This document shows positions 10,801-21,300 of a stretch of 64,000 nucleotides of DNA, in pieces (the first letter of the stretch is position 1; every line of letters begins with the position of its first letter). The notes under the pieces are model-generated. The model was given only the letters and a program-made list of their open reading frames with translations. It was not told where the DNA came from and ran no database searches. A program made the translations under genes and the position numbers. Source of the DNA: an uncultured Clostridia bacterium (GTDB lineage: Bacteria > Bacillota > Clostridia > TANB77 > CAG-508); contig CANQUT010000001.1 in NCBI GenBank assembly GCA_947627105.1, forward strand, positions 5,980-69,979. Reading direction: 5' to 3'.

Positions 10801-13148
10801 TAAATGGAAGTAACTTAGAATTATATGTAACATATAAAATAAGTTTAAGAAATACTTCTCAAGGAATAATAAACGAAATTACAGAAGTTGTAGATTATTA
10901 TGATAAAGATTATACTTATGTACCAGATTTATCTTGGGTAATGTATACAAATAGTGGAAACGATGAGGAAATGTCAGTTCCAGAAGACTCATATTATAAT
11001 ATGATACACAAATTAGATAGAAGCAATATAAAATATGCAAAAGAAGTAAATGGAAAAGAAAATAGTAAATATGGAACAGCCTCACAATCAGATATAGAGA
11101 AAGATTATAATTCTTTATATATACAAGGATTACAAAATAAAAAACTAGCAACTGGTGAGGAAGCATATATATATTTAACATTTAAAGTAAACTTAGATAA
11201 TAATGGACATATTATATTAGATGAAGATGATAGTCTAAAAGAAAATCTAGTTGAAATAAACGGATTCAAAAACTATTACAATAATGGAACTAACTTACCA
11301 AACAATGTAACAATTAGTGGAGATAGTACACCAGCAGGATTAATAGACTTTAACTCAACACCAGGTAACTTAGAAGCAAGCGACTTAATTGGAGAAAGAT
11401 ATGAGAAAAACTTTGAAGATGATACTGATAGGGCTAAAAGTTTAAAAGTATTTTTAGATGAAAATGCAGTAAGGTATCTAAAAGGTACAGTTTGGGAAGA
11501 TAAAAGAACTCAAAATGTAAGTAATGCAATAATTGGTGATGGTGTAAGACAAGCTGGAGAAATTGGTATAGCAGGAGTAGAAGTAGATTTAGTAGAAAAA
11601 ATGACAAATGGAAACGAATATATATGGCAAAAAACTACAACTGGTGCAGATGGAACTTATGAATTTTCAAGCTACATACCTGGAGACTATATTGTTAGAT
11701 TTAAATATGGAAGCAATAATAGCACTGTTCTTACAAAAGAACATGGAGGAAGTAATGCAGTATCATACAATGGACAAGACTTTAAATCAACAATATATAG
11801 TAAAGACTTAAAAAATAATAAGGTTTTATTAGATAACAACGAAAAATATTACAATATTCTAGAGGCAGATAAATTAAGCTTAAATCAAAAACTTAATTTA
11901 TCAGATGCAAAAGACTTATGGGAAAGAAGAACTGAAGTAAATAATTATAGTACTTCAAATGTAACTAACCATAAAGCAGAGGTTTTATCATCACCTTATG
12001 CACAAACTATAGATAATAACAACATATCAGAGTTAATTACAAATACAAATATGGTAGCAGAGACACCAATTATAGTAGTAGAAGGAGAATATGATAGAAC
12101 AAAAACAGATGGTTATAATACAGAAAGTAATGGCAATGATTTATACTTATTTGATAATGATGCTAATGGTAATTTCATATTAAATAATGTAGATTTTGGA
12201 CTTACAGAAAGACCAAAAGCTGGATTAGAGCTTAACAAAAAAATAACTAATTTAAAACTTACTTTATCAAATCAATCAGTAATATTTGATACCAATCAAA
12301 CAGTTAAAAACTTATCATGGAGTAAAGGAAAAGAATATAATTTAGCAAATAATATAAAAGGTAATAAATATGAAGAATATTACGAAGAAAGTAAAACAAA
12401 TAGCCAATATAATCGTTACTCATATAGATCAGAAATTAGTAATATTATAAACTCACTTTACTTAACTGGTAAAAATGGCTTGCTACAAGTTGTTTTAGAT
12501 CAAGAACTTATGCATGGTGCTACTATTGAAATTACTTATGATCTAACAGTTAAAAATATAGGTGAAACAGACTACGTAGGACAAGACTTCTATTATTTAG
12601 GAACAGGAGCATCTACAATTGTATTAACATCTGCAAACACAGTATTAGATTATATATCAAACAATTTACAATATAGAGAAGTTGATAATACAGGTTGGGC
12701 TATAACTACATCAGAAGAAGTTTTAAGAAATGGATTAGTTAATAATAGATTAGCTGATAATGTAAAAAAATATAGTAATATCATAACAACAAGTCAATTA
12801 AATACTAACTTAAAACCAGGAGATGAAGTAAGCAAAAAACTAATATTATCACAAACAATGTCAACAAATAATGGAAACGATAATAAAGTTTATGAAAATA
12901 TCTCTGAAATTGTTGAAACATCTAATACAGTAGGTAGAAGAATGGCATATTCAATTGTAGGAAATCAAAATCCAGATGAAATACCAACAGAAGTAGATAG
13001 CAGTAAAGCAGAACAGGTAGTAGTAATACCACCATTTGGTTCTCAAAATTATGTATATTACATAATTGCAATATCAATAGTAATAGTATTAGCTATAGGT
13101 ATTATACTAATTAAAACAAAAGTCCTAAGAAGAAAAGATACATTATAA
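7848..13148 (+). CDS. Giant thioester-domain (TQxA-type) adhesin B1 (1766 aa) with two SdrD-B/CnaB-like domains; N- and C-terminal TM segments
   Basis: GGAGG RBS 16 nt after A1 stop (operon); Cys motif YILYCTEYG and Gln motif EEKQMAIWAL about 100 aa apart (thioester domain signature); GTVWEDKRTQ...DGTYEFSSYIPGDYIVRF; C-terminal VVVIPPFG + TM + KTKVLRRK. Confidence 0.85.
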   Translation: MKIKKYKNFGILLFILIITIAIIPNFIITLLDNIIEKDSPSAYSFSQGDIYSLGIVFGEQRQKIEWTGSQFGPEDSVTGYGVVDGKTVPKQDPYILYCTEYGTGFWTGNGTRHYATSLEGSYGTIEHYYKSNPHESITYTGKWHCTGIHIEQKYDGELSFPWLVKESDINLIKAGGDENISLAYALTSKEIDKYSEEKQMAIWALKGQRGQTSLSEEAKQYAKYYEKTQVDRGSTELPDLDIKGSAEDLKVLAHYDEQKGGTLTIGPINLTYINQNNDSIAFEGISAMYFRGYNKKGEMVKGKTSADRIKVEYVIDSNGKYVPKFFNPKKEECYVDHNKQAYPDGQGDGEFYLVIKDPNIGKTSKDEDFIAELDLRITFKWMTIFDAQVSNFNSYEYQVNWYEHLYPITHSDPDYSYNLETKRWEVSGYHSDSSCLKRVKLEEASLQKVLCYYGGGRELFTTTFTIGNVGERINITMDLGGNVWEDGLSTKESKADGLNSTPAENGNNIDKNLSNIKVSLWKVQKAGSIPGEFITYTYTNENGNYMFTGLNPLLKYYVSFEYDGQKYLSTEYLNAGSSRYDSVNDMINAGEYNGSDIWHATSKGTETSSEREAYNQRFSEIGSAPKNYPSDDSLSSGALVESYNEAFSMYDLMGFKLDENGKYYIDSNLALIDGYYTVENGNIVVTNKYQKGRISQEIEKYIKQYSDSEKSRMRSELEALIAQQKADWNKKVDEAKVTQENNITNDLKGNSDYTDSYGNLTQKGLDKVKEEVQKIENQRSSGLSKIEKQKEVSLEYIEKLEIVPDYNTMIKDVYKTIAGSDTNMWRKLQFIEDSKISSYTQNNSEKLDLYPVYDDFYLNYLVDNDAGTGKKKYDTIEDQMKDSYDQTIITVDGIDYKPIYEGQFFVNLGLWKRQQNNMSIRKDIYRAATRINGKTEVYKYNKREDNKDYWEIQLRMSDYEYYYGGRYNRELYKSDYEYDTKSTNLNGSNLELYVTYKISLRNTSQGIINEITEVVDYYDKDYTYVPDLSWVMYTNSGNDEEMSVPEDSYYNMIHKLDRSNIKYAKEVNGKENSKYGTASQSDIEKDYNSLYIQGLQNKKLATGEEAYIYLTFKVNLDNNGHIILDEDDSLKENLVEINGFKNYYNNGTNLPNNVTISGDSTPAGLIDFNSTPGNLEASDLIGERYEKNFEDDTDRAKSLKVFLDENAVRYLKGTVWEDKRTQNVSNAIIGDGVRQAGEIGIAGVEVDLVEKMTNGNEYIWQKTTTGADGTYEFSSYIPGDYIVRFKYGSNNSTVLTKEHGGSNAVSYNGQDFKSTIYSKDLKNNKVLLDNNEKYYNILEADKLSLNQKLNLSDAKDLWERRTEVNNYSTSNVTNHKAEVLSSPYAQTIDNNNISELITNTNMVAETPIIVVEGEYDRTKTDGYNTESNGNDLYLFDNDANGNFILNNVDFGLTERPKAGLELNKKITNLKLTLSNQSVIFDTNQTVKNLSWSKGKEYNLANNIKGNKYEEYYEESKTNSQYNRYSYRSEISNIINSLYLTGKNGLLQVVLDQELMHGATIEITYDLTVKNIGETDYVGQDFYYLGTGASTIVLTSANTVLDYISNNLQYREVDNTGWAITTSEEVLRNGLVNNRLADNVKKYSNIITTSQLNTNLKPGDEVSKKLILSQTMSTNNGNDNKVYENISEIVETSNTVGRRMAYSIVGNQNPDEIPTEVDSSKAEQVVVIPPFGSQNYVYYIIAISIVIVLAIGIILIKTKVLRRKDTL

Positions 13149-13153
13149 AGTAA

Positions 13154-13199
13154 AAAAGCTTTTATAGAATTAATTATTCTAATAAAAGCTTTTTTTTTA
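13154..13199 (+). terminator. Rho-independent terminator after B1
   Basis: AAAAGCTTTTAT...ATAAAAGCTTTT stem followed by T9. Confidence 0.7.
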
Positions 13200-13298
13200 T
13201 GCTATTTTTTATTTAATAATGCAAAATACAAAATTACCTACGGAAACCCCTAAATTAACCCAAAATTCACATAATATGGAAAAAATAATGGAAATACA

Positions 13299-13327
13299 TT
13301 GAAAAATTGGTAAGAATGTCGTATAAT
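13299..13327 (+). promoter_or_regulatory. Sigma-A promoter of A2-B2 operon (TTGAAA-17-TATAAT)
   Basis: Consensus -35/-10 hexamers with 17-nt spacer, 30 nt upstream of RBS. Confidence 0.6.
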
Positions 13328-13356
13328 AGAATAAGAGTTTATTTTAGGAGGTTACA

Positions 13357-16300
13357 ATGAAAAAAATAAATCAAAAAATTATAGCCTTAATTTTAACTAT
13401 ATTACTAATTGGAACAAACCTAATTCCTCTAGGGAACCAAGTAATTGCGGCGAATTTATTAGAACAAAATAATAAAACAAGTAATAATAATGTAACATTT
13501 GATAGTTATTTAGAAGGAAATGTACATAATAAAATTTATAATGTAGAAGAGGAAGCTAAACTATACATAAAACTAAATGTATATAATACAGGGTATCTAA
13601 AAAATTCAACAATTACTATTTCAAATAATGCTAATTATGAAATAGATACAGCTAATTTAAAAAATGAAAACATATTATCTATGACTTCAAACCAAATAAC
13701 TATAAAACAAATTAATAGTAATGAAGAAGTAACTATAGAATTACCAATTAAAATAAAAACAGCAAATAGTGTAGAAAAAGATTTCGCACAAAAAGTTTCA
13801 GAAGTTTCATTAAATGCAATATATGTAGATGATAATGGAATAGAAAAAAACATAACAAAAACGATAAATAATCAAGTTATATGGAAAGAGCAAATGGAAT
13901 TAAATTTAAACTATGAAGTAACAAAATATATTCCATATAAACAAGAACAAGAATATGGTGTTTTATTGCAAACTGTAATAACAAGCAGTGTAAAAGACCA
14001 TGTTTTACCAATTTCAAAAACAGAATTAGAAATGTATGCACCACAAATAGAAAATGCAAAACCAACATCAGTAAATGTAATAGCAAATAAAACATTAAAT
14101 ACAAATTCAGATGAAAGTGGAATTAATTTTGAAACCTCAAATTATCAATATGATGAATCTACAGGCAAACTTACTATTACAGTAAGCAACATAGAAAACG
14201 AAAATAAATTAATTTCTTTAAATCCAAATGGTGTAGATGAATATATTGTAAACTTTATTTATAAAGGAAAAGAACTTTATGAAAAAATGTTAGAAAAAAC
14301 ATTTCAAACATCAATGAATGTAATAGGAAAAGTAACTATTGAAGATAGTGAACAAACATTAATAAAAAAAGATATTCAAGTTGAATATAATGAAAAAGAA
14401 GTAAAAGGTGTTTTAACAGATATTACACCTATAATTAAAACATCTATTAGCAAAGGAAACATATATGCTAATTATGATAAAAATGAAAATAAAAAAGAAA
14501 CAAATTATGAATACAGCTATATAGCACAAATAAATGAATTAAACCTTACAGAACAAGTACAAATGCAAACAGCAAAAGACTATTATTTAGACAATAACTC
14601 AAATGAATTTCCATTAGAAAATAATAGTTATATAAAACAAATAAAAATAGAAAAAAACAATTTTGAAAAAATACTTTCAGAAGAAGGAACAATAGAAATT
14701 AACAAAATAGATGGAACAAATATAGGAACAATAAATAAAGATACAAAACTAGAAAATAATAACTACATTTTAGATATTTCAGAAGCTAAAATGCAAGAAA
14801 TACAAATAAAAACAAGTAAGCCAGTATCAGTAGGAAATTTAGAAATAAAAATATTAAAAGCAATAATAGACGAGCAAACATATTCTAAAGAAGAAATGAA
14901 ACAATTTACCAAAATAAAATTAGGCATAATTAATAAAAGCGTAGAAAAAAATTTAGAATTAAGTTCTACTATTTCTTTAATAGAACCAGTAAGTACAGCA
15001 GAAATTACTATATCAGAAGAAAGTAAAAATTTATCAACAGTAGTAAAAAATGAAAATGTGGAAATTAAAGTAGTTCTAAATACATCTAATGTAGAATATG
15101 CTTTATATAAAAATCCAGTATTAGAAATAGAATTACCAAGAGAAATAGAAAAAGTTGATATTAAAGATATTAAAATTTTATTAGATGATGAGTTAAAAAT
15201 AGTAGAAAAACAAGTTATTACAAAAAATAAAAAACAAGTTATTCAAATTACTTTACAAGGAACACAAACAAATTATACAGAAACTACAAAAAGCGTAGAA
15301 GAAAATGTAATAGCTAAAGGTGCAAATATAATTATTAACGCAGATTTTACTTTAAATAAATTTGCTGTAAGTAAAGAAGATAAAATAACAATGTATTATA
15401 CAAACGAAAATACAAACTTATATGAAACTCCTACGAAAGAAGATATAGTAAGAGGAGTAGTATCTACTAATGTTAACATAGTAGCACCAAATGGAGTTTC
15501 AGCAATAAATAAAATAACTAACTATAATGCTAAAAACTCAGAATTAATTTCCTTAAACAGTGAAAAACAAGAAGCAATTATACCAGCAAAAGCAGAAAAG
15601 AAGACATTAACTATAGAAGGAATAATTACAAATAATTATGAAAATTCTATTGAAAATGTATCTATTTTAGGAAGATTGCCATTTAAAAACAATAAAGCTG
15701 TAGATGGAGAAACTTTAGGAAGTACATTTACGATGCCAATGGTACAAAAGATAGAATTTAGTGGAATAAGCAAAGATCAAGTAAAAGTATATTATAGCCA
15801 AAATGAAGAAGCAACAAAAGAATTAGAAAATACTTCAAACGAATGGAAAGAACAAATAGATGACTTATCTACTATAAAAAGCTACCTTATTGTTATATCA
15901 GGAAAAGTAGAAAAACAAACACAAATTAAATTTAATTATAAAGTAGAATTACCAGAAAACATAGGAACAGATAACAGTTCGTATGAAATGTACAAGGTAT
16001 ATTATAACAACAAAACACAAGAAGCAACTATAGGAGAAACAAAAATCTCAGGTATATTAGGTATATTAACAGAAAAAGCACCAGAATTAGAAATAACTTT
16101 AAACTCTAATGTCGAAGCAAATGGAATAGTTACAGAAGGACAAATTGTAAAATTCTTTGTAGAAGTAAAAAATATAGGAAAAGAAGAAATAAAAGATGCA
16201 GTATTAAATATTCCTGTTCCAAATGGAACTATTTATACTACATATAATTCTTCAGAGCAATTATATGTAGACTCTAATAAGCAAGCAATACAAATTTCAC

Positions 16301-18318
16301 TTGGAAATATAGGTGTTAATGGAGTAGCAAAAGCAAGTTATGATCTTAAAATGGGACAAGCAACATTAGGAAATATATCTAATAAAGTAAATGTAACAGC
16401 ACAAAACATAGAAGAAGCTGTTAACTCAAATGAATATATACTTACAAAAGTAGAAGGAAAATTAATATTAACATTATCTGCACCAAGAGATCCTAATGCT
16501 ACACTTAATAAAGGAAATATATTATATGCTACATTAATTTTAGAATCAAAAGAACAATTAAATAATGTAGTAGTAAATATAAGTATTCCAAATGGTATAA
16601 AAATAAATGAAACAAGCTATATAGACAAAGATGGAAACACACAAGACTATGTTCAAGTTCAAAATAATACTGTAATAGCTAATATTCCAAAATTAGAAGC
16701 AAACTATTTACAAAGTATTAAATTAAATCTTGAAATAGATAGCTTTACAGGTGATTTTAACTTTATTGCAAAAGCATCTTCTAATGAAACTAAAGAACAA
16801 ATATCTAACTTAATAAAATATCATGTTGGGGCACCAGAATTTGAAATTACACAAGCTTCATCTTCAGAAAAATATTTAAAAGAAGCAAAAGAAATTATAT
16901 ATGAATTTACTATGAAAAATGTAGGAGATTCAGATGCAAATGATGCCATATTTGAAGATGTGTTACCAGAAGGCCTAACATTTAAAAAATTAGAATATAC
17001 AAGTAAAGGAAAAATGCAAGAAATAAATTCTACATTAGATAATATAGCAAAAGTAAGATGGACCAAATTTGAACAAGGTGCTACGGAAACAGTAAAAATT
17101 ACAGCACAAGCAGACTTATTAGATGCAGAAAAGAAAGATAAAACGGTTAACAACATAGGTACAATTACAGCACAAGGAATAGAAAGTAAAAAATCAAATA
17201 ATATTACTACTATTATAGAATATAATCCAGAATTATATAAAGATAATAATCAAAACAATAATGAAATTACAGATAATAGTGCACTATACAAAATTACAGG
17301 TATAGCATGGTTAGATGAGAATAAAAATGGCAAAAGAGATGAAACAGAAAATTTATTATCAGGAATAGAAGTAAAATTATTTAAAAGAGAAAATAGTGAA
17401 CTTGTAAAAGATATACAAGATGGTACAGAAAAAACAACCAAAACTTTAGCAGACGGAAGTTATGAATTTACTAATTTAGAAAAAGGAAACTATGTAATAG
17501 TTTTCTGCTATGATGCTGGTAAATATAATGTTACAGATTATCAAAAAGAAAATATTAGTACAAGCTATAATTCAGATGCAGTTTCAATGCTAGTTACTTT
17601 AAATGGAAAGCAATTCCATGCAGGAGTAACAAATACTATAAATGTAACAAATGAAAATGTTAGAGACATAGATATTGGTTTATATGTAGCAAACAAATTT
17701 GACTTAAAAATAGACAAATATATTAATAAAATTACAGTAACTAATCAAACATCTGGAACAAAAACATATAACGTAAATAATTCAAAATTAGAAAAAGTAG
17801 AAATTTTTAAAAAAGATGTTAACAAATCAAGTATTGTTATTGAATATAAAATAGTTGTAACAAACGAAGGTGGACTTGAAGGCTATGCTAAAAAAATAGT
17901 TGACTATTTACCAAAAAATACTAAATTTAGTTCAGAATTAAACAAAGATTGGTATATTTCAGATAACAATAATGCAGTATATAACACAAGTTTAGAAAAT
18001 ACTATTTTAAAACCTGGAGAAAGTAAAGAAATAGCACTTACTTTAAGTGCACAAATTACAAATAGTAATATAGGAACAATTATTAATAATAATGCAGAAA
18101 TTTATGAAGCTTATAATGAATACGGAGAGCCAGATATAGATTCTATAGAAGCTAACATGATAGAAATAGAAGATGATATATCAAAAGCAGACATTATACT
18201 TTCTACAGCAACTGGTACAATAGTTATTTATTCAGGCTTAGTATTAGCAATATTATTTATTTTAGTAATTGGAACATTAGTAATAAGAAGAACTTTTAAA
18301 GAAGAAAATATATTATAA
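13357..18318 (+). CDS. Giant secreted surface protein A2 (1653 aa), paralog of A1
   Basis: Collinear similarity to A1 from signal peptide through SdrD-B-like (WLDENKNGKRDETE...DGSYEFTNLEKGNYVIVF) and DUF11-like region; C-terminal DISKADIILSTATG + TM + RRTFKEE. Confidence 0.85.
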   Translation: MKKINQKIIALILTILLIGTNLIPLGNQVIAANLLEQNNKTSNNNVTFDSYLEGNVHNKIYNVEEEAKLYIKLNVYNTGYLKNSTITISNNANYEIDTANLKNENILSMTSNQITIKQINSNEEVTIELPIKIKTANSVEKDFAQKVSEVSLNAIYVDDNGIEKNITKTINNQVIWKEQMELNLNYEVTKYIPYKQEQEYGVLLQTVITSSVKDHVLPISKTELEMYAPQIENAKPTSVNVIANKTLNTNSDESGINFETSNYQYDESTGKLTITVSNIENENKLISLNPNGVDEYIVNFIYKGKELYEKMLEKTFQTSMNVIGKVTIEDSEQTLIKKDIQVEYNEKEVKGVLTDITPIIKTSISKGNIYANYDKNENKKETNYEYSYIAQINELNLTEQVQMQTAKDYYLDNNSNEFPLENNSYIKQIKIEKNNFEKILSEEGTIEINKIDGTNIGTINKDTKLENNNYILDISEAKMQEIQIKTSKPVSVGNLEIKILKAIIDEQTYSKEEMKQFTKIKLGIINKSVEKNLELSSTISLIEPVSTAEITISEESKNLSTVVKNENVEIKVVLNTSNVEYALYKNPVLEIELPREIEKVDIKDIKILLDDELKIVEKQVITKNKKQVIQITLQGTQTNYTETTKSVEENVIAKGANIIINADFTLNKFAVSKEDKITMYYTNENTNLYETPTKEDIVRGVVSTNVNIVAPNGVSAINKITNYNAKNSELISLNSEKQEAIIPAKAEKKTLTIEGIITNNYENSIENVSILGRLPFKNNKAVDGETLGSTFTMPMVQKIEFSGISKDQVKVYYSQNEEATKELENTSNEWKEQIDDLSTIKSYLIVISGKVEKQTQIKFNYKVELPENIGTDNSSYEMYKVYYNNKTQEATIGETKISGILGILTEKAPELEITLNSNVEANGIVTEGQIVKFFVEVKNIGKEEIKDAVLNIPVPNGTIYTTYNSSEQLYVDSNKQAIQISLGNIGVNGVAKASYDLKMGQATLGNISNKVNVTAQNIEEAVNSNEYILTKVEGKLILTLSAPRDPNATLNKGNILYATLILESKEQLNNVVVNISIPNGIKINETSYIDKDGNTQDYVQVQNNTVIANIPKLEANYLQSIKLNLEIDSFTGDFNFIAKASSNETKEQISNLIKYHVGAPEFEITQASSSEKYLKEAKEIIYEFTMKNVGDSDANDAIFEDVLPEGLTFKKLEYTSKGKMQEINSTLDNIAKVRWTKFEQGATETVKITAQADLLDAEKKDKTVNNIGTITAQGIESKKSNNITTIIEYNPELYKDNNQNNNEITDNSALYKITGIAWLDENKNGKRDETENLLSGIEVKLFKRENSELVKDIQDGTEKTTKTLADGSYEFTNLEKGNYVIVFCYDAGKYNVTDYQKENISTSYNSDAVSMLVTLNGKQFHAGVTNTINVTNENVRDIDIGLYVANKFDLKIDKYINKITVTNQTSGTKTYNVNNSKLEKVEIFKKDVNKSSIVIEYKIVVTNEGGLEGYAKKIVDYLPKNTKFSSELNKDWYISDNNNAVYNTSLENTILKPGESKEIALTLSAQITNSNIGTIINNNAEIYEAYNEYGEPDIDSIEANMIEIEDDISKADIILSTATGTIVIYSGLVLAILFILVIGTLVIRRTFKEENIL

Positions 18319-18332
18319 GTGGGAGGCAAAGA

Positions 18333-21300
18333 ATGAATAGTAAAAATAAAATAGCACTTCTTGTAACAGGAATACTAGCAGTATTTATTACATTAGTAAT
18401 AATGTTTGCTACTATAGTTCAAGTAAATGGCAGAAAAATTCAAGAAGTAGCTAAACTTACAAAAGAAGCACTTACAATAAATAGTTCACAAGCTAATGGA
18501 AGTATAAAAACACCTGGAGCACATAACGGAAGTAGTAGTCTTTGGGTTGAAGCATTACCTAGTAATATAAATAAAGTATTTATTCCAACAGTTGGAAACG
18601 CACAACTATATTGTATAGAAAAAGGTGTTAGTTTAAAATCTGGATTAGAAAGAGTTTCAACAATTAAAGCATTAAAAGGAACATCTGGAAGTGTTAGTTC
18701 TTCTAGTTGTATGGCTTCTCTTCCAGAAAAACGTTATTCAAATACTTATTATGAATGTGTTAATAATCATACAGAAATGGTTCCATCTGGAGCATATATA
18801 GTTACAGCACCAGATAATTTCATAGCACCTTATGATGGAGTATATTCATATGGTTCATCTAGTAGCTTCAAAAAAGGTGAAAATATTAGCCAAGAAGTAA
18901 GACAAGTAGCAATTTGGTTAAATCCTGAAATGAATAAAGGAGAAAACTTTTATGAAAGTGGAGCTACATTTACATATATAGATATGGCAGAGCAATTAAA
19001 GGATGAAGCAATGGATTATAGAGATTATGAAAATAACTTAAAAAATAATGTAAATAATCCAATAAAAGATGCAACTTCTGACAAAATAAAAGTAAGTGTA
19101 GACCAAAAAGAACAAGTATTAATCTTAGGACCATATAAAATTAATTATGTAGAAGGAAACTCTGCATCAGCAAAATTTGCCGGAATTTCTAATATGGTTA
19201 TAAGAGGTTACAATGATAAGGCAAGAAAAGCATTTATTAAAAACTTAGAAATTGTAAGCTACATTCAAAATGGTAAAGAACATAAATTAGATTTCTTTAA
19301 TCCATTAAAAGAAAATGGCTATGTAGATAAAACAGCAAACTCATACCCAGTTAGCATGCAAGAATTTTACATTAAAATAAAAAATCCAAATCAAGGTATT
19401 TCAAATGGTGAGAAAAAAGTAAAATATATTGATATAAATGTAGAATATTCTTACATGACTGTTTATGCAATTCAATGTAATTTAAAAGGACATCAATTAG
19501 TTGCAACACCTATTCAAACATCACATAGTAATAGCTATCATTATAAATATGGCTATTTAACTTCTTGTAATGTGGGTTATCGTTGGAATGTAACTGAAAA
19601 TCCTTTAAAACAACAAGATGTAATAGATGCATGGGGAGAAAGAAACTTATATAAATTAAATATTAATTTAAAGGGTAATGTAGACGATATTACTACAGAT
19701 ATAACTATGAAATTAGGAGGTTATACTTGGGAAGATATACCAGAAGGAAAAGAAAATTTATCAAATGGTATAAAAACAGATGAAGATATAATTATTCCTA
19801 ATGTAAAAGTAACATTATATGAATGCATAATGGATTCTAATGGAAATGTACAATATAAAAATGGAAAACCACAAGCAAATGTTGCAAACTTATTATCTGA
19901 AGTAGACAAAGGAGAATTATCAGGGGAAGAATTACAAAACAGAGTTAATCCAAAACTTACAAATGCAAATGGCTACTATCAGTTTGATGGTTTAGATGTA
20001 TTTAAAAAATATTATGTTACATTTGAATATAATGGACAAATTTATATGTCTACAGATTATTTGCAAATAGGAAGCGGAAGTCACCAAAATTCTGTACAAA
20101 GCATGGTAAATGCTAAACTTTATAATACAGATATATGGGCTATAACTTCAAAAACATCAGAAATCTCAAGTGTAAGAACAGAATATAATAACAAATTTGC
20201 AGAAATTGGTTCATCACCAAAAGGTTATAGATCTAGTGATTCTTTAAAAAGTGGCAAACTAATAGAAGGCTATAATGAAACATTTTCTATAAATGATTTA
20301 TTAGGTTATGAATTACAAGAAAATGGTACATATAAATCAGTAGGACCAAGACTAATAGATGAGAAATATGTACTTGATGCAAATGGAAATGTAATAGAAG
20401 CACAATCTATTACAGAAGGCTTAATTAGCCAAAAAATTAAAGAATATATAACAAAAAATTATAAATACCCAGATAAAAATGCTTTAATTTCAATTTATCA
20501 AAATATTGTAAGGGAATATGCAAAAAATAGTAAAGATCAAGAAATTCTTTGGAAAAAATTACAATATATAGAAGACTGTAAAATTGAAGCATATACAGCA
20601 TCACCTTATGAAAAAGGAAATATAGATTTATACCCAGTATATAATAAATTTGTAGTAGATACACAAAGTGCTGTAATACCAGGAATTGGCACAATGCCAC
20701 CAATATATAATGGACAATATCATATAAATTCAGGACTATGGAGAAGACAATTAAATAATGTAGCATTAAGAAAAGATATTTATCGTGCAGCAACAAGAAT
20801 AAATGGAAAAACAGAAGTATATAAATATGATAAACGTTCTTCAAATGAAGATTACTGGAGAATTGAATTAAGAATGCAAGATTATCAAAACTATTATGGT
20901 TCTTACTATAATAGAGAAATATATCCATCAGATTATAATTATAAAGCATTAGCTACAAATTTATATGGTGAAGAATTAGAACTATATGTTACATATAAAA
21001 TCTCTATTAGAAATATATCACAAGGTATTTTAAATGAAATTACTGAAGTTGTGGATTATTATGATAAAGATTACACATATATGCCAGGTTTATCTTGGGT
21101 AATGTACAATGAAAACGGTATAGATGAAGAATTATCTATTCCAGAAAAATCTTATTATGATATAATGAACAACTTAAATTTAAATGGACTAAAATATGCA
21201 AAAAATATTAATAGCACTTATTCAAGTGTGCAAAATGGAAATGGTACTTATTGTGGTGCAAGCATTTACCAAGATGCATCAAAATCAGACTTAGAAAAAC